NCBI GenBank assembly: GCA_001938485.1
Contig: MQRK01238420.1
Coordinates: forward strand, 1 to 60,580
Direction: 5' to 3'
Length of the DNA stretch: 60,580 nucleotides
From: Girardia tigrina
Lineage: Eukaryota
Positions 26,601 through 40,813 of the stretch are shown one piece after another. Under the pieces are notes generated by a model. The model saw nothing but the letters and a program-made list of their open reading frames with translations. It was not told where the DNA came from and did not search any database. The position numbers and the translations under genes are program-made. Each line of letters begins with the position of its first letter. Position 1 is the first letter of the stretch.

Positions 26601-26700
26601 TTGGATTACGACTGAATCCTGAGAAATGCAAGTTCCTATGGAAGGAAGTCAAATTTTTGGGGCATATTTTGAACAAAAATGGAATCAGAACAGATCCTAT
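23640..26700 (+). mobile_element. Ty3/Gypsy LTR retrotransposon internal region (gag-protease-RT), truncated pseudogene
   Basis: gag with three degenerate zinc knuckles (24330-24490); protease LLDTGA; RT RLCLDFRQLN, MPFGITAAPGTFQ, DLDDIL, KFLGH. No RNase H, integrase or LTR seen. Confidence 0.9.
24631..25042 (+). repeat. Cys-rich exon-like cassette inserted in Gypsy gag, homologous to 38300-38745
   Basis: Shared blocks tgtgaggaat, tgtg(c/a)ctctcctac(a/t)cagatgg and NNKC....DVVN-coding sequence, separated by an AT-rich spacer in both copies. Confidence 0.65.
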
Positions 26701-27191
26701 TGTCATCAATATTGTCATCAATTTTTCATGCGTCTTTGAAAATTTCTTGAAAATAAATTTTACAATACTGTTTAAATCAAAATGTTTTAGCAGCTTTATC
26801 ATTAATATAGATTATAATTAAAATATTATTTGCTTAATTATTTGGTTAAAAATGAAAATAATTCAAATAAAAGAAATAATTTGATTATTTCAGTGATTTT
26901 TCAAAAATGAAATTCGATAGCGAAACGGGAAATTTTAGTATGGGGAAATTATATTGTGAATCTTGGGGTTCATTATTTTCCCGTGGAAACCAATCTGACA
27001 TGAAATTGTTCAAGGGTCATTTAAAAAACAAATTTTGTTGAATAAATGAATCGTCAATCAAAAAAGATTATTTTTTCGAAAAAATTAAAATAATTATTTG
27101 ATATCAATATTATTTTTTGGATAAATAAAGAAATGATAACAGTTTCAAACACTTTTGATTTTCGGTTTTATCTTTGAAAATATTCATAATA

Positions 27192-28473
27192 TTAGGTTGG
27201 TCGAAAAATAATGGCAGTTTTGGAACATAAATTTCAAAGACGTGCAAATTCACAGAAACAAAAGTTTATTAATCAAAGTATGAACCGTTGGCATCAATAC
27301 ATTTTTGCCAACGAGAAACAAGTTGTTTTATTCCATCAGCATAAAATGCATCGGTTCTCGAAGCGACGAATTCTTGGAAGGCATTTTGAGCATCATTTTG
27401 GTTTTTGAAAATTTTTTCACGTAGAAAGTTGTACAAATGCCTGAAAAAGTAGAGGTCCGTTGGTGAGAGGTCTGGTGAATATGGTGGATGAAGTAGGGTT
27501 TCATAGCCCAACTCATTAAGCGTTTGAAGAGTCACTTTTGAAATATGAGGTCTAGCGTTATCATGAAGAAGGATGGGACTTTTTCGATTTACCAATCCCG
27601 GACAAAGGGTTTCCAATTTTTTATGCATTTCATCAATTTCATGACAGTACCTCTCCGCTGTGATTGTTTCACCTGGATTCAAGAAACTATAGTGGATGAT
27701 TCCAGTATCACACCACCAAACTGTCACCATAACCTTACGGTGTTAGTTTCTGTTTTGGAAAGTGTTTCAGTACTTCATCTTTGTCCAACTACTGCGCAGA
27801 TCGACGTCGGTTATCATACAGGATCCATTTCTCATCACAGGTAACAGTACGATCAAGAAATGGATCGTTTTTATTGCGAAGATGATTGCAGAACAAATTT
27901 CATAGCGTCGGTTCTTTTGATTTTCATTCAAATCATGTGGAACCCATTTATCAAGTTTCCTGATTTTTCCAAGTTGTTTTAAATGATCCAGGACTGTTGA
28001 ATGACTAATGCCAAACCCATCTGCAAGTTCTCTTATTGTTGTACGGGGATCTGTTTCCACCATTGTCCTCAAATTGTCGTTGTTCACAGCAACTGGACGA
28101 CCACAACCTTCTTCATCTTCAAGGTTTTCATCTCCATCAGAAAATTTTCGGAACCATCGTTGTACAGTACTCTCAGAAGCTGTTTCCTTGTCAAACGCTT
28201 TATTGATATTGCGAGCCGTTTCTGCTGCTTTACGACCCAGTTTAAATTCGTACAAGAAAATTGCTCGAATTTTAATTTTTACAATTATTAATTTAGCACC
28301 GTAAATATTCTAAAAAATAACAGCAATATGTTAATAATGGCTATAGGAATATACAGCTAGGCATAAGATTTCAAATAATATCTAACACTAATGCATTTAA
28401 ACTTATATACATATCAAAGTAGATAAACAAAGTACAAAGCTCAAAAGCCGCCATTATTTTTCGACCAACCTAA
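27192..28473 (-). mobile_element. Near-intact mariner element (cecropia/Hsmar1-like), frameshifted
   Basis: TIRs ttaggttggtcgaaaaataatggc at both ends with TA TSD; ~1.28 kb; [15 protein letters not shown] and YSPDLSPTD motifs. Confidence 0.95.
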
Positions 28474-29070
28474 TATTATTTTCATTAATAAATTTTGGTG
28501 TTAAAGATGAATCTCGATTCTCAAATGTCAAATAACGTCAATAGTATAAATGCGATTAATACAAATCAAGGATACTTTTTTTATATGCTTTAAATACTTC
28601 AGAATATGGTATTTTGATGATTTGTTTGTGATCTTCAATATTTTCTTCATTTAGTCCTTTCTTAGCCCCTAAGGTCAAATGTAACCTTAATGTTGTGATA
28701 TATATGTTTTGTGTGCATATAATGCCCCGTAAGAATATTTAAACAACGATTTGTGGTTTCAAAATTTCAATATATATATTTAATTTTATTAATAATTAAA
28801 TTATAATGCACCAATATAAAACGTTTGCATCAACCATGGTGTCCTTCTTAATAAGAGGTTTTTATTTTCGTCATTTATCTTTTAAGAAAAATCAAATCAT
28901 TATAATTAAATAATATACTTGTCTTGGAAATAACGTCTTTGCATTCGAATAATTTAATTTGTTTAAGAAATTTATATTAAAATTTTTTTTTAATATATCA
29001 ACTATAATAAAGAAATAAAATATTTTTTATTTATTGTAAATCATACATAATATCAATCTAAAATGTTTTC

Positions 29071-32000
29071 TTAAGTGCTTTCTACATTTTCATCGTAATT
29101 CTAAAAAAAATAAAAATAACATAAAAGAACATAAATATAAACTCAAATTAAACTTCATGATTGACAAATTAAACTTCCAACAGATCTCTTTAGAATATGA
29201 ACCCAAATCAATTCAACTAAGAGGCAGATAAATGACAAAATAATTATCCCTCCCGTACAAATATAAACTCCCGAAATTCCTTCTAGTTCAATTGCTGGAG
29301 CACTGTCTTGGGAGGCCGATTTATCACAACTATCTATGTTGGGATCTGACGTACTCCAATATTTGTCCACCCATTTATCAATATTTCCATTTTGCATCAA
29401 TTTTGTCAAACTAAATATTTCAACAATTTAAAAAGATTCTTGGAATTATAAACAAACTAATTTACTAAGCATTCATCATTGGAGTAAAGGCAGCATCTTT
29501 TTGAATAGTAAAAGCCATTGATGCCGTGTTAAATGTTTCTGGAATTATATATATTTTTGAACAGTTTCGTTTGACCACGTAAGCAGTTGGTGAGGTATCC
29601 GTGATGCACGCTAATTCAGATGCGTTATCTTGTAAAATCTAAATTTTTTTAAATAAAATTTTGAAAGTTAATCACAAAAGGAAATGTGTTTTTATTATTA
29701 CCACGTTTTTATTAGCTTGCTTTCTTGTCTGTTTGTCTGTTTGTCTGTCTGGAACAAATCTTGCGATTGATTTTTCGACCACTTTCAGTCATCCAATTCA
29801 GCTGAATTTTTTTATACAGGCTTGCTTCCGATGACAATACAATTTGATAATAAAAATTTTGAAAAAAATAATTTTTTCTAATTTTTTTTGCAAAAAAACA
29901 TTTACGATTATCTACAAATTTATACACTGTATTAAATAGCAATCTTTTCGTTTATTTTCATGAATGAAGTTTTATACAGGCTTGCTTCCGATGACAATAC
30001 AATTTGTTAAAAAAAATTTTGAAAAAAATTCCTAAATGATAACTAAAAATAGTTAAATAATATTATTAATAAAAAAAATTTTTTTATAAAAACAACCACG
30101 TTTTTCAAGCATTACCAATGCACTAAAAAGAGGAAAATAAGTTTTTTCTAGACATGTGAGAAATTTTATACCTAACCAAAATCGTGGGGCATAGAAATGA
30201 TCGATTGTTACTAAAAAGCAGTAAAGAGGAAATAGCAGTTACTAATAGGAGTAATTCAGAAATCCGCCCCACGTTTTTGGTTAGGTATAAAATTTCTCAC
30301 ATGTCTAGAAAAAAATTATTTTCCTCTTTTTAGTGCATTGGTAATGCTTGAAAAACGTGGTTGTTTTTATAAAAAAATTTTTTTTTATTAATAATATTAT
30401 TGGTTTTATAATTGTTTAGTTTTGATACATATTTCATTTGAAAATTATTTAAGTATTACTAAACATTCTGATTTTCATTATTTTTAAGTTTCTCTATGTT
30501 AAATGGAGTAAACAATTTGTTGGGGTACAACTTACATTAAACAAATCTTAAAGAGCATAACATGTAGGAATTTTGTGGTGAAAGCAAATATCGAACCCAA
30601 GATACATAAATAGGTAAGGTTTGTATTTAAGGGTCTCTCGATAAAAGCACTCTGGATATAAGTCTCACTCAAGTATTATTTAAATCTAAAATATAATAAA
30701 TATTAAAAAATGTAATAAGAAAGAAATATATCTATGTTAAATTTTATTTAAAGATAATAGGATATTCGTCTTCAATAACACTGGAAAACAAATTTCAATT
30801 GTTTTCTGCTTCACGTTCGAAAATAGTTCGTCTTTACATATTTTGCAATGTTGAGTTCAAATTTGTGTTCGGAATTGACCTATAATATACGATTGCATGG
30901 GAATTTCTATTTTCCCAGAATATAATCAAATATAATTATATAGCAAACACAAAAGAAACACAACAAGAATTATTGTAGCAACAAAATATTTTATTGTTAA
31001 TGTATAGTTAAAAATGCTTTGTAAAAGTTTTACTTTTGTAGGCATTATCTGGTTTATCCCTGATTAGATTCCAGCAGTAGTCCATCAGAATAGATGTATT
31101 CCCATTGCCATGAAACTTCTCATCATTACGGCAATGTCCTGACTAAATTTTTCTCCCTGTTCGTAACTAACATCTTCAAGATTTATTGAAAATTAATCGA
31201 GATGCGAGTGTAGGAAATGTATTTTTAGGGATCTGTTTCATTTCATCTGAATGCATGCTTTGATCATTTGTTCAACCAAATCTACTTAGTTTAAAGCCTT
31301 TTTATTACCGAGGGTGTTTTGGACTACCTCTTTAAGCACATTCCATATCATTAGCTTGGTTATTTCTAATGGTACCTTAAAATGTTGGTTTATAATTTGA
31401 GTAGAATTGTTAGGTCAAATAATTGGTGATAATAGAATAATCGAAAAATTCAATTGATGACAGTAGGTTTGAGAACTCTTTAAAATTACTTTTGCTGGAG
31501 AGGTTCACTGCCAGCATCCGCGCCCATGAGGATATGCCCCCCCCCCATTTGTTGCTCTTGGGGTCGTTAGCAAGCCGTGTTCATTCGTAGTCAAGGGAGT
31601 AAACGGAAAGTAAAGACATGGCGCCCACCGTACTGCAACTCACAATATTCTTGCTGAATCCCACTGAGTACATATCATTTTTGACGCATTAAACAGCACT
31701 TTCATTTATTTTTTTTCTTCCAAACACTTTTTTACATCCAACTGAAAACGTCGTCGTTCTACTTCTTTTATACAAATATTCAACAGTTCTGTCCCTGTAT
31801 TCATATTTAATCCATAACGACTAATCCAAAGTTTTTTATCGTCTTCTTTAACAGCTTGAAATGTCATGCTTTTCAATTTTTTATTTATGTCCATTGCTTT
31901 TAGTACAAAGGCATTACAATCTTTAAAAGTAAACGGACAAACGTCCTTGGTAAATAGGATCGTATATGTATGTTGTTTATGTATATGTTGTTTATTGTTT

Positions 32001-35000
32001 ATTATCGTATATGTTGTTTATTATACACTGTTATCATCAACATTTTGAAATTTTCATTTTTTATAAAATGAACTTCCCGAAGTATTATTTCGTTGCCTTT
32101 GATACAGTATTGATGCAAAGATCCGTGCTGCGTGACCGTGTCCACCGGTTCCTAGTGGTCACCGATATTGATTTTCGAAAGAAATGTGTTGTGAATGGAT
32201 TTTTTAATGGTCTTAACTTTTGAATTGGAATTTGTTTCATAACGCTATATATTAAATGATCAGTATTTTTAATACTTTGATCAGTATTTTTTAAATTATT
32301 CGATCAGTATTTTTTTAATTATTTGATTAGTATTATTTATTTTTGATCAGTAATTAATAAAAAATCGACCAGTATATAATTTTTATTGGTCAGTATTTAA
32401 TTGAAAAAGAACCGGTAAAATTAGAAAAGTAAATGAAATAATTGAATTTTTATACTGAATTTTCATTTATTAATGGAAGAATATTACATAAAAGTAAAAC
32501 AAAACTATATTTAATTTTTTCCTAAATCTATGTAGTTATAGAAATGCTTTATAGTTCGCTCTATATCAATTAATAATGCTTTTGTTGCTTTTAATGGTCT
32601 CCCTCTTTTATGTTCTTCACCAATTTGAAAATCTTGAAAATCGTTAAATGGTTAAATGAACACTGATTTCGAATAATAACGATTTTGTTGTTTCTTATAT
32701 GAAATTTTGTGAAAGTTTTTATGAAAATACTAATAAAAAACTAATTTATTTCATAAATGACGATTTCTGTCACTTATTTACTAATTATTTTGCTGAAAAT
32801 CAATTAAGGCTAAATTTGCAAAATTTCGTTATCATCTGAATCACGGTTTGTCTGTCAAGCTCAAATTTTACTGTGATAAAATGCGAAATAGTTGAGGAAC
32901 AGTGAGTGAATCCGTGTAAAGTTGAGATTAACCTGCATAGTCCGCATCGAGACGGTTCTGTCTGTACAGTACCTTTGCCGAAAGGCAGCGGAAGCCGACT
33001 CAATAAGCAATAAATACTAAATTATAATAATAACGCTTTAAAAATTAAAACAGAAATTTTCAAAGACGAAAATTCAGCTCCCCCCGTCATATATGACGGG
33101 TATTTTTCTTGTTGTATTTTGAAAAAAAGAAAAATAAATGATAACAAAAATTAAACATTTATTAAATTAATAAGGCTTTTGTTGCTTTATGGTCTGCCAC
33201 TTTTACGTTTTTCACCAATTGGAACATCTTTTGCAGCGGGCGGTGGTTTCACATATTTTAATCTTATTGATAATCCAATTAAATGTTTGCACATGTATTG
33301 CTTGAGAAAACTTGTACAAGTACATTTTCCTTCAATCCATTTGGTTGACATATCATCACTGTTTGGTTGAGTAACAATCCTCAAGGCAAAAGCTCTCTTC
33401 TTAAATTGGTCAAATGTACTCCATTGCATTTCTTTGATATTTTGTATTTGTTCTTCACTTGAGTTGGTTTCGTCGCCTGCTGGACAATAATATTCAGTTG
33501 AATTTTCAAGTATTGTTGAAGTAACTTTTTTATTGCTTTTTACCCATTGATAACCTTCAGTCAATTTTTGCAGTTCAATAGTTACTTTTCTTTAAATTGT
33601 TTATCATTGTTTGCGTATTGTTTTGACCATTGTGAAACTGTGTCCAAACATTGTTCCAAAAACCGAGATAAAGACATTCTTTCTCTGAATTTTTCTTCTT
33701 TTTTTTATAACCAGATTGTGCGATTATAACGCATTGTTTTGAGATGGTGTTGTATGAGCTGCTCCTTCGTACCAGTTTTGATGCGTTGATAACAAATTTC
33801 CTTAATGTATTCGATAAATATTTTTTGTTTTTTGGTAAGCCAGGTTTTAATAAACATCTTTTACTTTCTCAAACACGTCTTTGCTGCATGCCAATTGAAG
33901 TGTATCGATTTCTTCCATAATATTTTCATGAAATTCCTCATCGGCTAAATGAATATTCTTCACTACATTGCCAGGCATATGAACCCAACACATGATTAGT
34001 GACACGTTTTCACCGAACAGTTCTTTCAAAGCATTATGAATTGCATCGGAACCATCAGATATTAATGTGTCTACTTTAATTTTTTCACAAATTTTCTCAG
34101 TTGATTCTACCAAAGCTTGGAAAATAAATACAAAATCTGGTTTCGCTTCATTTGTGCAGATGCTGATACCATAAGGATGAAAATGCCGGTGCAAATCAGT
34201 TGTACCACTTATCAAAACTGGCATGTTTTCGCAAATAAATTTTTATGTTGCATCGGCATGGATTCTGCTTGATTTAATAGCCATTCTTAATAGCCGTTTT
34301 GTGGAAAACAAAATTCGAAATTGTTTTTCATTCATATCTTTATTATCATCATTTTCACCATAATTTATAAAATGCTTTGCCACATTACCTTTGTCATCGT
34401 CATCGATTGCTTCATTGTGATCAATGCACCATTGCTCAAGCTCGCCAATACTAATTTTTGTCGGTCCATATTTCTTTTATCGCAGTTGACTGATGTAATT
34501 TGAAATTTGCGTTTTGTTATTGATTTGAACATTGCTTTCTTGCAATTTTTCCAAAATTGCTTTTGGCTTAAATCTTAAATCAAAATATTTTTTACCTCTG
34601 CTTTTAATTCATTAGTTAGCCTGTTTGATGATTGTAAATTGGTATGACCATGTTCGCTGTTGCTTCTGAAAAGAATCACGTCTTCACTGCGACTATCAAA
34701 TAACAAGTACACACCAGCCGGACATTAGTCACCTCTCGATTTTGCTTTTTTGCAGCGGTAATAAACTTAATTTCCCTCTTGAGTATGATTTATATAATGA
34801 TAACTCCATGTATCTTCATCATAAATAAACGCCATTGTAGCTTCTTTATTTGGGTAGATATGTTCCATTTCCCAGTTATGTTTACTTTTTGCTCTTCGTT
34901 TTGCTTGAGTTGCACCATTTTCAACACTTTCGATATCGATTTCCTCATCGAAATAATACCGGTCAATCAATTTTATTATCAATCAAATTAATTATATTAC

Positions 35001-38000
35001 TAATCAAATCAATAAAATACACATTGACATATTTTATAACAGATGGGTTATTTTATATACTGATCCATAGGGAATTGATCAATAGGTACTGATCAATTAA
35101 ATAAAATACTTTTAATTTATTTAAATTACTGATTTTTTAAAGAAAAAAATACTGATCAAATAATTTAAAATACTGATCAATTAAATATAAGCCGTTCTGA
35201 TTGAAATATAAATTTTCCAAACTTTTGTTGGATTTTTCTTGTTTTGACAATTTATAAAACGTTTTATTATTGCCAAAAGAAGATTCATTTTTTGAATCTT
35301 TATGACGCATTTATAGTAATGTAAAATTTAATTGTTAATAATATAATTTAATAATTCAATGATAATAATTAAGTAAATCGATATCTTTTATTATTTCTTT
35401 TGGTTTCCAACTTTTTTCATAATTTCATTAACATATTTAGACAAAAGCAAGTAAAGTTTTTCTTTTTTCTTTCTTTTTTTTAATATAAATATACATATAT
35501 AAAGACCTGAAATTGGAATTAAAAATTCCAATTTCAAATCTTCATTTATTTTATATTTTTACTTTAAATAAGTTTTGATGTGAAACAAGGTTATTCTTAT
35601 AGAAATGGATAAATCGTTCTTTCACAGGAAATGCAAGAACAAGATATTCACGACTTAAATAATAAAACATCCCTAATCATTTAGGTTTAATGCTAAGACA
35701 TTTACTAATTTATTCTTTTATGTTATTTTTAAATTTCAATCTTAATTCTATAACTGAATTGATATCTCTATAAAAATTGAGATTTGAAAATCATAATTAA
35801 TATAAATAATTATAAATAATAATTGTTTAATGTTAAATTATTAATATAAATAAAATTGACACCCGCATGTCTATGGCCGCTTATAGTAAGTCTCAATAGA
35901 AGGGAACTGGCAAATACATATTTAAGTATATGGTTTTCATAAAAACATAATTAAAACTGTTAATTAAATAAATAATAAAATTAGTTAAAGAAGTCAGTTA
36001 CAGTTTGCTTTCAAAATTATTTGTAATGTAATATTTTTTGTGTAAAAATTAAAATAACATTTAAAACTATAGAAAACGTGGCATTTAGAGTTTCTTCTAG
36101 CTAATTATTTATAATTCAACTTATTGAAATAAACAAATAAATTCATAAATTAATTACCATTCTTGGACACTCGTCTATTGTAGAGATATAGGATATTCTT
36201 TTATTTATTTCTTGGTAAACAGGATATGGCGATTCCTACAGAATAGTTATATTTAGTTCACTTAAAATAAGTTAAACGTTACTCTTAACAACTTAGCAGT
36301 AATTGTATCTCCAGGTGTAACTATCTTAATATCCTTCCGTGCAGCTAATTCTTCCAAAGTCTCAATCGTCCTACCCTCACTTTTGACGGTTAAAAATGAT
36401 GTCAAATCAGCTAAATAGTTTGTTAATAACATAATTTTAAATTATTATATTATATTCATAGATTTTTCTTTTCTTATTTTCATACAAAAGTTTTAAACTA
36501 CATAATTCTCAACGAACATTATGCAGAATTTTTGTATCATTAATGGTAAAATATTTTCAAATGCTTGTATTAAAAAGCATCTAATTTTATTAGAGAATAA
36601 ACTAAATTTCAATAAAGTCAAATAAAATTATAAATAAATTAATAAGTATAAACTACTTAAAAATATAATTAATAATTTTTTTATAAATATTTAAAACACG
36701 TTAAAATACATTAAAATCATTTCATATTTCATTTTAGAAATAATTCGAAGCATATTTAATTGACAAACGAACCCATGAAATTTGCTGACCATCCTGGATT
36801 TGCCTTTTTTCATTCTTTACTTCACAAAAATTTTTATTAATATTATCATGATTTTTGTATAAATATATATAATTTTAATATCATATAATTTTGTATAAAG
36901 TCCGAAACAATTTTAGAATTAAAATTCTTCAATTTATTGATTTTTTCAAGGTGCTTCTGCATATGAAGTCTAATTGTGTCATTGAAATAAAAATTGAAAA
37001 GAAAGAGTTTTTGATCAATTTTCCAATTTTGAAAATCAATTTTCCTACAATTTTAATTCTTGCAATCGATTTATAAATAAATATTAAATATTCCTGCAGT
37101 AAGAATATAGAAACATTTCCTTTCTTGCTTCCATGAATAAAAAATCAATGATTGTTTACAAAATTCATGGCAAGGTATTAAAAGGTAAATATTTTAAACC
37201 GTACTTGTTGAACTAAAAATGTTTGTGAAAAAAGTGAATTGTAAATCCAGTGTTTTTATGGATAATTCCTCATTATTCTAGATTAATGATGGAATTATTT
37301 AATACAAAATTGATTACGAAAATTGGAAAATAGATCAAAAAAACTATATTAAACAGTCCCAAGAGACTATTATTAATCATAAACAAATAATTCGTGATTC
37401 GAGTTGTAAATTCTTCATCAATCTTATTCCAAATCGATGCTGTTAAATTGTTGTCGTCTTCATTTAAATTAATTTACTGGTGTAGAAAACAGAAAAAAAT
37501 AGAATTTCTATGAAAACAGACGATATACTAACACCAAATTAATTTACTGGTGTGAAAAATCTTGTATTCAAAATGGCAATTAATGACGACCGTAAACAGG
37601 TCACTTTCCATCGGCAAAAAACGAAAGATATTTTCACAAAATCCTGAATTATCTTAAGGAGAGCCGGCTTAAACATTGTTTTTGATGGCCCGAGCCAACA
37701 GAAATACATCTCTTTTCAGCTAACTCTGAAACACTTTTATATGCACAAAATATAATATCACTATTTTTCCTTCCTATCAAAACTAAAGCACTTTGGAATT
37801 AACCGCGTATACATTTAAAATTAACTCCAAGTAAATTGTTTTAATAATTATTTTCTTATAAATAGAATTTGCTAATAATTTTTTTTACTCATAAAAATGA
37901 TTAATGACTGATGATGATAAATAAATGATAAAAACAATTTATTAAAAAAATAATTAGGAATATTAAATTTCTAAACTGCGTTACTTTTCCTATTTTGAGT

Positions 38001-40756
38001 AACTCTCAATGGGTTACATTGTATGATCAGCAATGATTCAAAATAAAATAGGATTAAAAAAACCTCATTTTTTTAAAAATTAATTTGCAAAATTTTCTTT
38101 TGTTTGTAACAAAAGGTTTCAGCTTTTCTTTCTAGCACTAGGATCAGACTTAAAATTCATGCTTTGCAATATTTAAACTTAAGAGATTTTCAAAAGTAAG
38201 TTTTATGGATTTTGATAATGTCAGGATAAATTCAGTAATCTTTAAAGGACGAGACGTTCTTACTACCAATTTAAATGTCAATATAATTTTCATCAATATT
38301 GTGAGGAATAATTCGGAATGTTGTAAGTTTGTTGATTGTATGCTGTTTAGATTTGTGACTCTCCTACTCAGATGGGATTGATAAGTTATTTATTAATTAT
38401 TTAAATCTAATGAAATTAATTTAATGATATTAATTTTAAGTACTAATTAATTAAAGTTTGATAATTATAAATTTTAATATTATTTTCAGTAAACGATTTT
38501 AACTTATTAAATTTAATATATTTTAAAAATTATTGTTTATTTAAAAATTACGTAATGTCTTTTAATCCAATAAAATTATGAGAAATTAAAATGTAATATT
38601 AAAATTTCCCATTCATTGATTTTTTCATATTTGAATATGTATATAAACTATATCAATCAAAGAAAGATGACCTCTAAAAATTGTTGTGAAGAATCTGTTT
38701 GTGTTAACAATAAATGTTTGCATTCAAATTGTGATGTTGTTAATAAATATCATATGGCGGAGACCAATCCTCGTTTAAAAATTCGCATTAGTGTACAGTC
38801 ATGCTGAAGCACATTCAGAAAAATTATAAGTGACAACGAAAGCGCGTAATCTATTTCAATAGATAACTTTTCTATTCTTCAAACGAATTTATATATTAAG
38901 TAAATGTTTTACCTGTATAGGCACTAAAGACAATGATTGTAAAAAGCCACCACACTGCCAGCACAGTACGACAAGACATAGCATACGGATAAAAATCTTG
39001 TCCTTAATAATCATTACTTTATTTATTTAAGATTATTTTCAAAATATACACCTTGTTGCATGGAAGAACCAACTACATTCCAAATATGTTCTCGCAATCT
39101 TATTTCATCGATTATTGCAAATCTTAAGTTCAAATTCCACGCTGAAAATGGACTTAATAAAGCCAATATAAAACATGCTATAGAAGTCAAAAATATTGCT
39201 GTTCCTAGGGCACTCCATGTCGTCCAATGAAGAGGTCTGAAAGTTTTCAAATATGAAGGTTTTAATTTTTATCGCAAAAAATAAATATTTATTTATTTAT
39301 AATTTTTATCATAGTTTCCAAAAACAAATATTAAACGAAATAAACCGAAAAAAAATATTTCAATCTTTTTCAGGTATCAAAAATACGGGAGTGTTTCTTA
39401 TGTAAAGAACTATAAAAATATGAAAATAAAAAATATTTATATCAGAAACGGTATTTAATGATTGATTTATTTGAAAACCCTTCTCTTATACACCTATTCA
39501 AAAACATAAATGCCTTAATTTTATTCTAGAAGAAACTCTATCAAAAGCCTTTTTCACCTAAGATGTCTTAAAAGTAGTCATTCACAAACAATCATTAAAT
39601 TTTTAAATAAAATATCAAATTTTATGAAATAAAATATCTTATCTTTTTTTTATTTCCTAAAATAAAGATAAATAAATAAATTGTCTCAATAAACTTTTTC
39701 TATCATTGGCCGAGAAAAGGTTATCCGTGTGGAGAGTCTTGAAAGGGTATTGTCTTGCCATTTTCAGTGATCCGTTTTATTTATTTATTTTTTTGTTTCA
39801 TTATATTTTAAACATAAAAATACATTTTCACTGATCAATATTGTTGTTATTTAAATATTACAGATGTAGTTATTATTTTATTACGAATTGCGTTTGAAAG
39901 TAATGGATAAATAATCATGTTTTTTGACGCATAAAATCATAAAATGATTGCGAAAATTTTAAAGACACGAAGAATTTGGAGACAATTATATGTTCTACAA
40001 TACGATAACATAGTCATAATGTATATAATATTAAATATCTAAATAATTTCATAAATAATACGGTATAATCGATCTATGTAAAAACTAATCATTTTATCAA
40101 TAACAAGCTTAATTCTTCTGATGAAGAGATTATATGAAGAAACTTTTCTTATAATTTCCATACTCTGAAGGAGTAAAGGATTTATAGAGTTTTTGACAAA
40201 TGGTCTCCTGTAGGCGTTAAAAGTAATTTAGTTTTCCTCACTAACAAATTTTGTAATTACTTTTCCAATAAATCAAAAACAAAATTGCGTATGAATCCAA
40301 TTTTAGTCTCCCAATTTAAATGTCACAAGTCTGAATCATTGTACATTGGAAAGACAAATAGTCCCCTCTGTACTAAAATTGCTGAACATACCCAATGAAG
40401 TAGAAAAAACTATTTTCGATCACATTAAGAGCTGTCACGGAACTCACAGGAGGGTAAAGAAGAATGATTTTTAGGTTTTGATTAGTAATTTTGACAGCAA
40501 CTATGAAAGGATAATTACTGAAGCATTGTTAATTAAGTTTGATAGACCTTGTTTAAGCATGTAAAGCGATTCTTCCAATCATATTAGAGTAATCTGATAT
40601 GAGACATCGTGACGTAATGATCTTCCGATTATAAATACAACAGCCATTTACTTTATTACAGAACTGACGATGTCACAATAGTGGTGAAACATGTTTCCAA
40701 AAAAATTAAAATTGCTTTATTGTTTTTTTATTATTAAGTGTACTCTGATAAATTGA

Positions 40757-40813
<57 letters not shown>

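Noticed and set aside
32120-32157. Helitron-like 3' hairpin plus CTAG
   Set aside because: Hairpin is imperfect, spacing is atypical, and no 5' TC end or Rep/Hel sequence was found.
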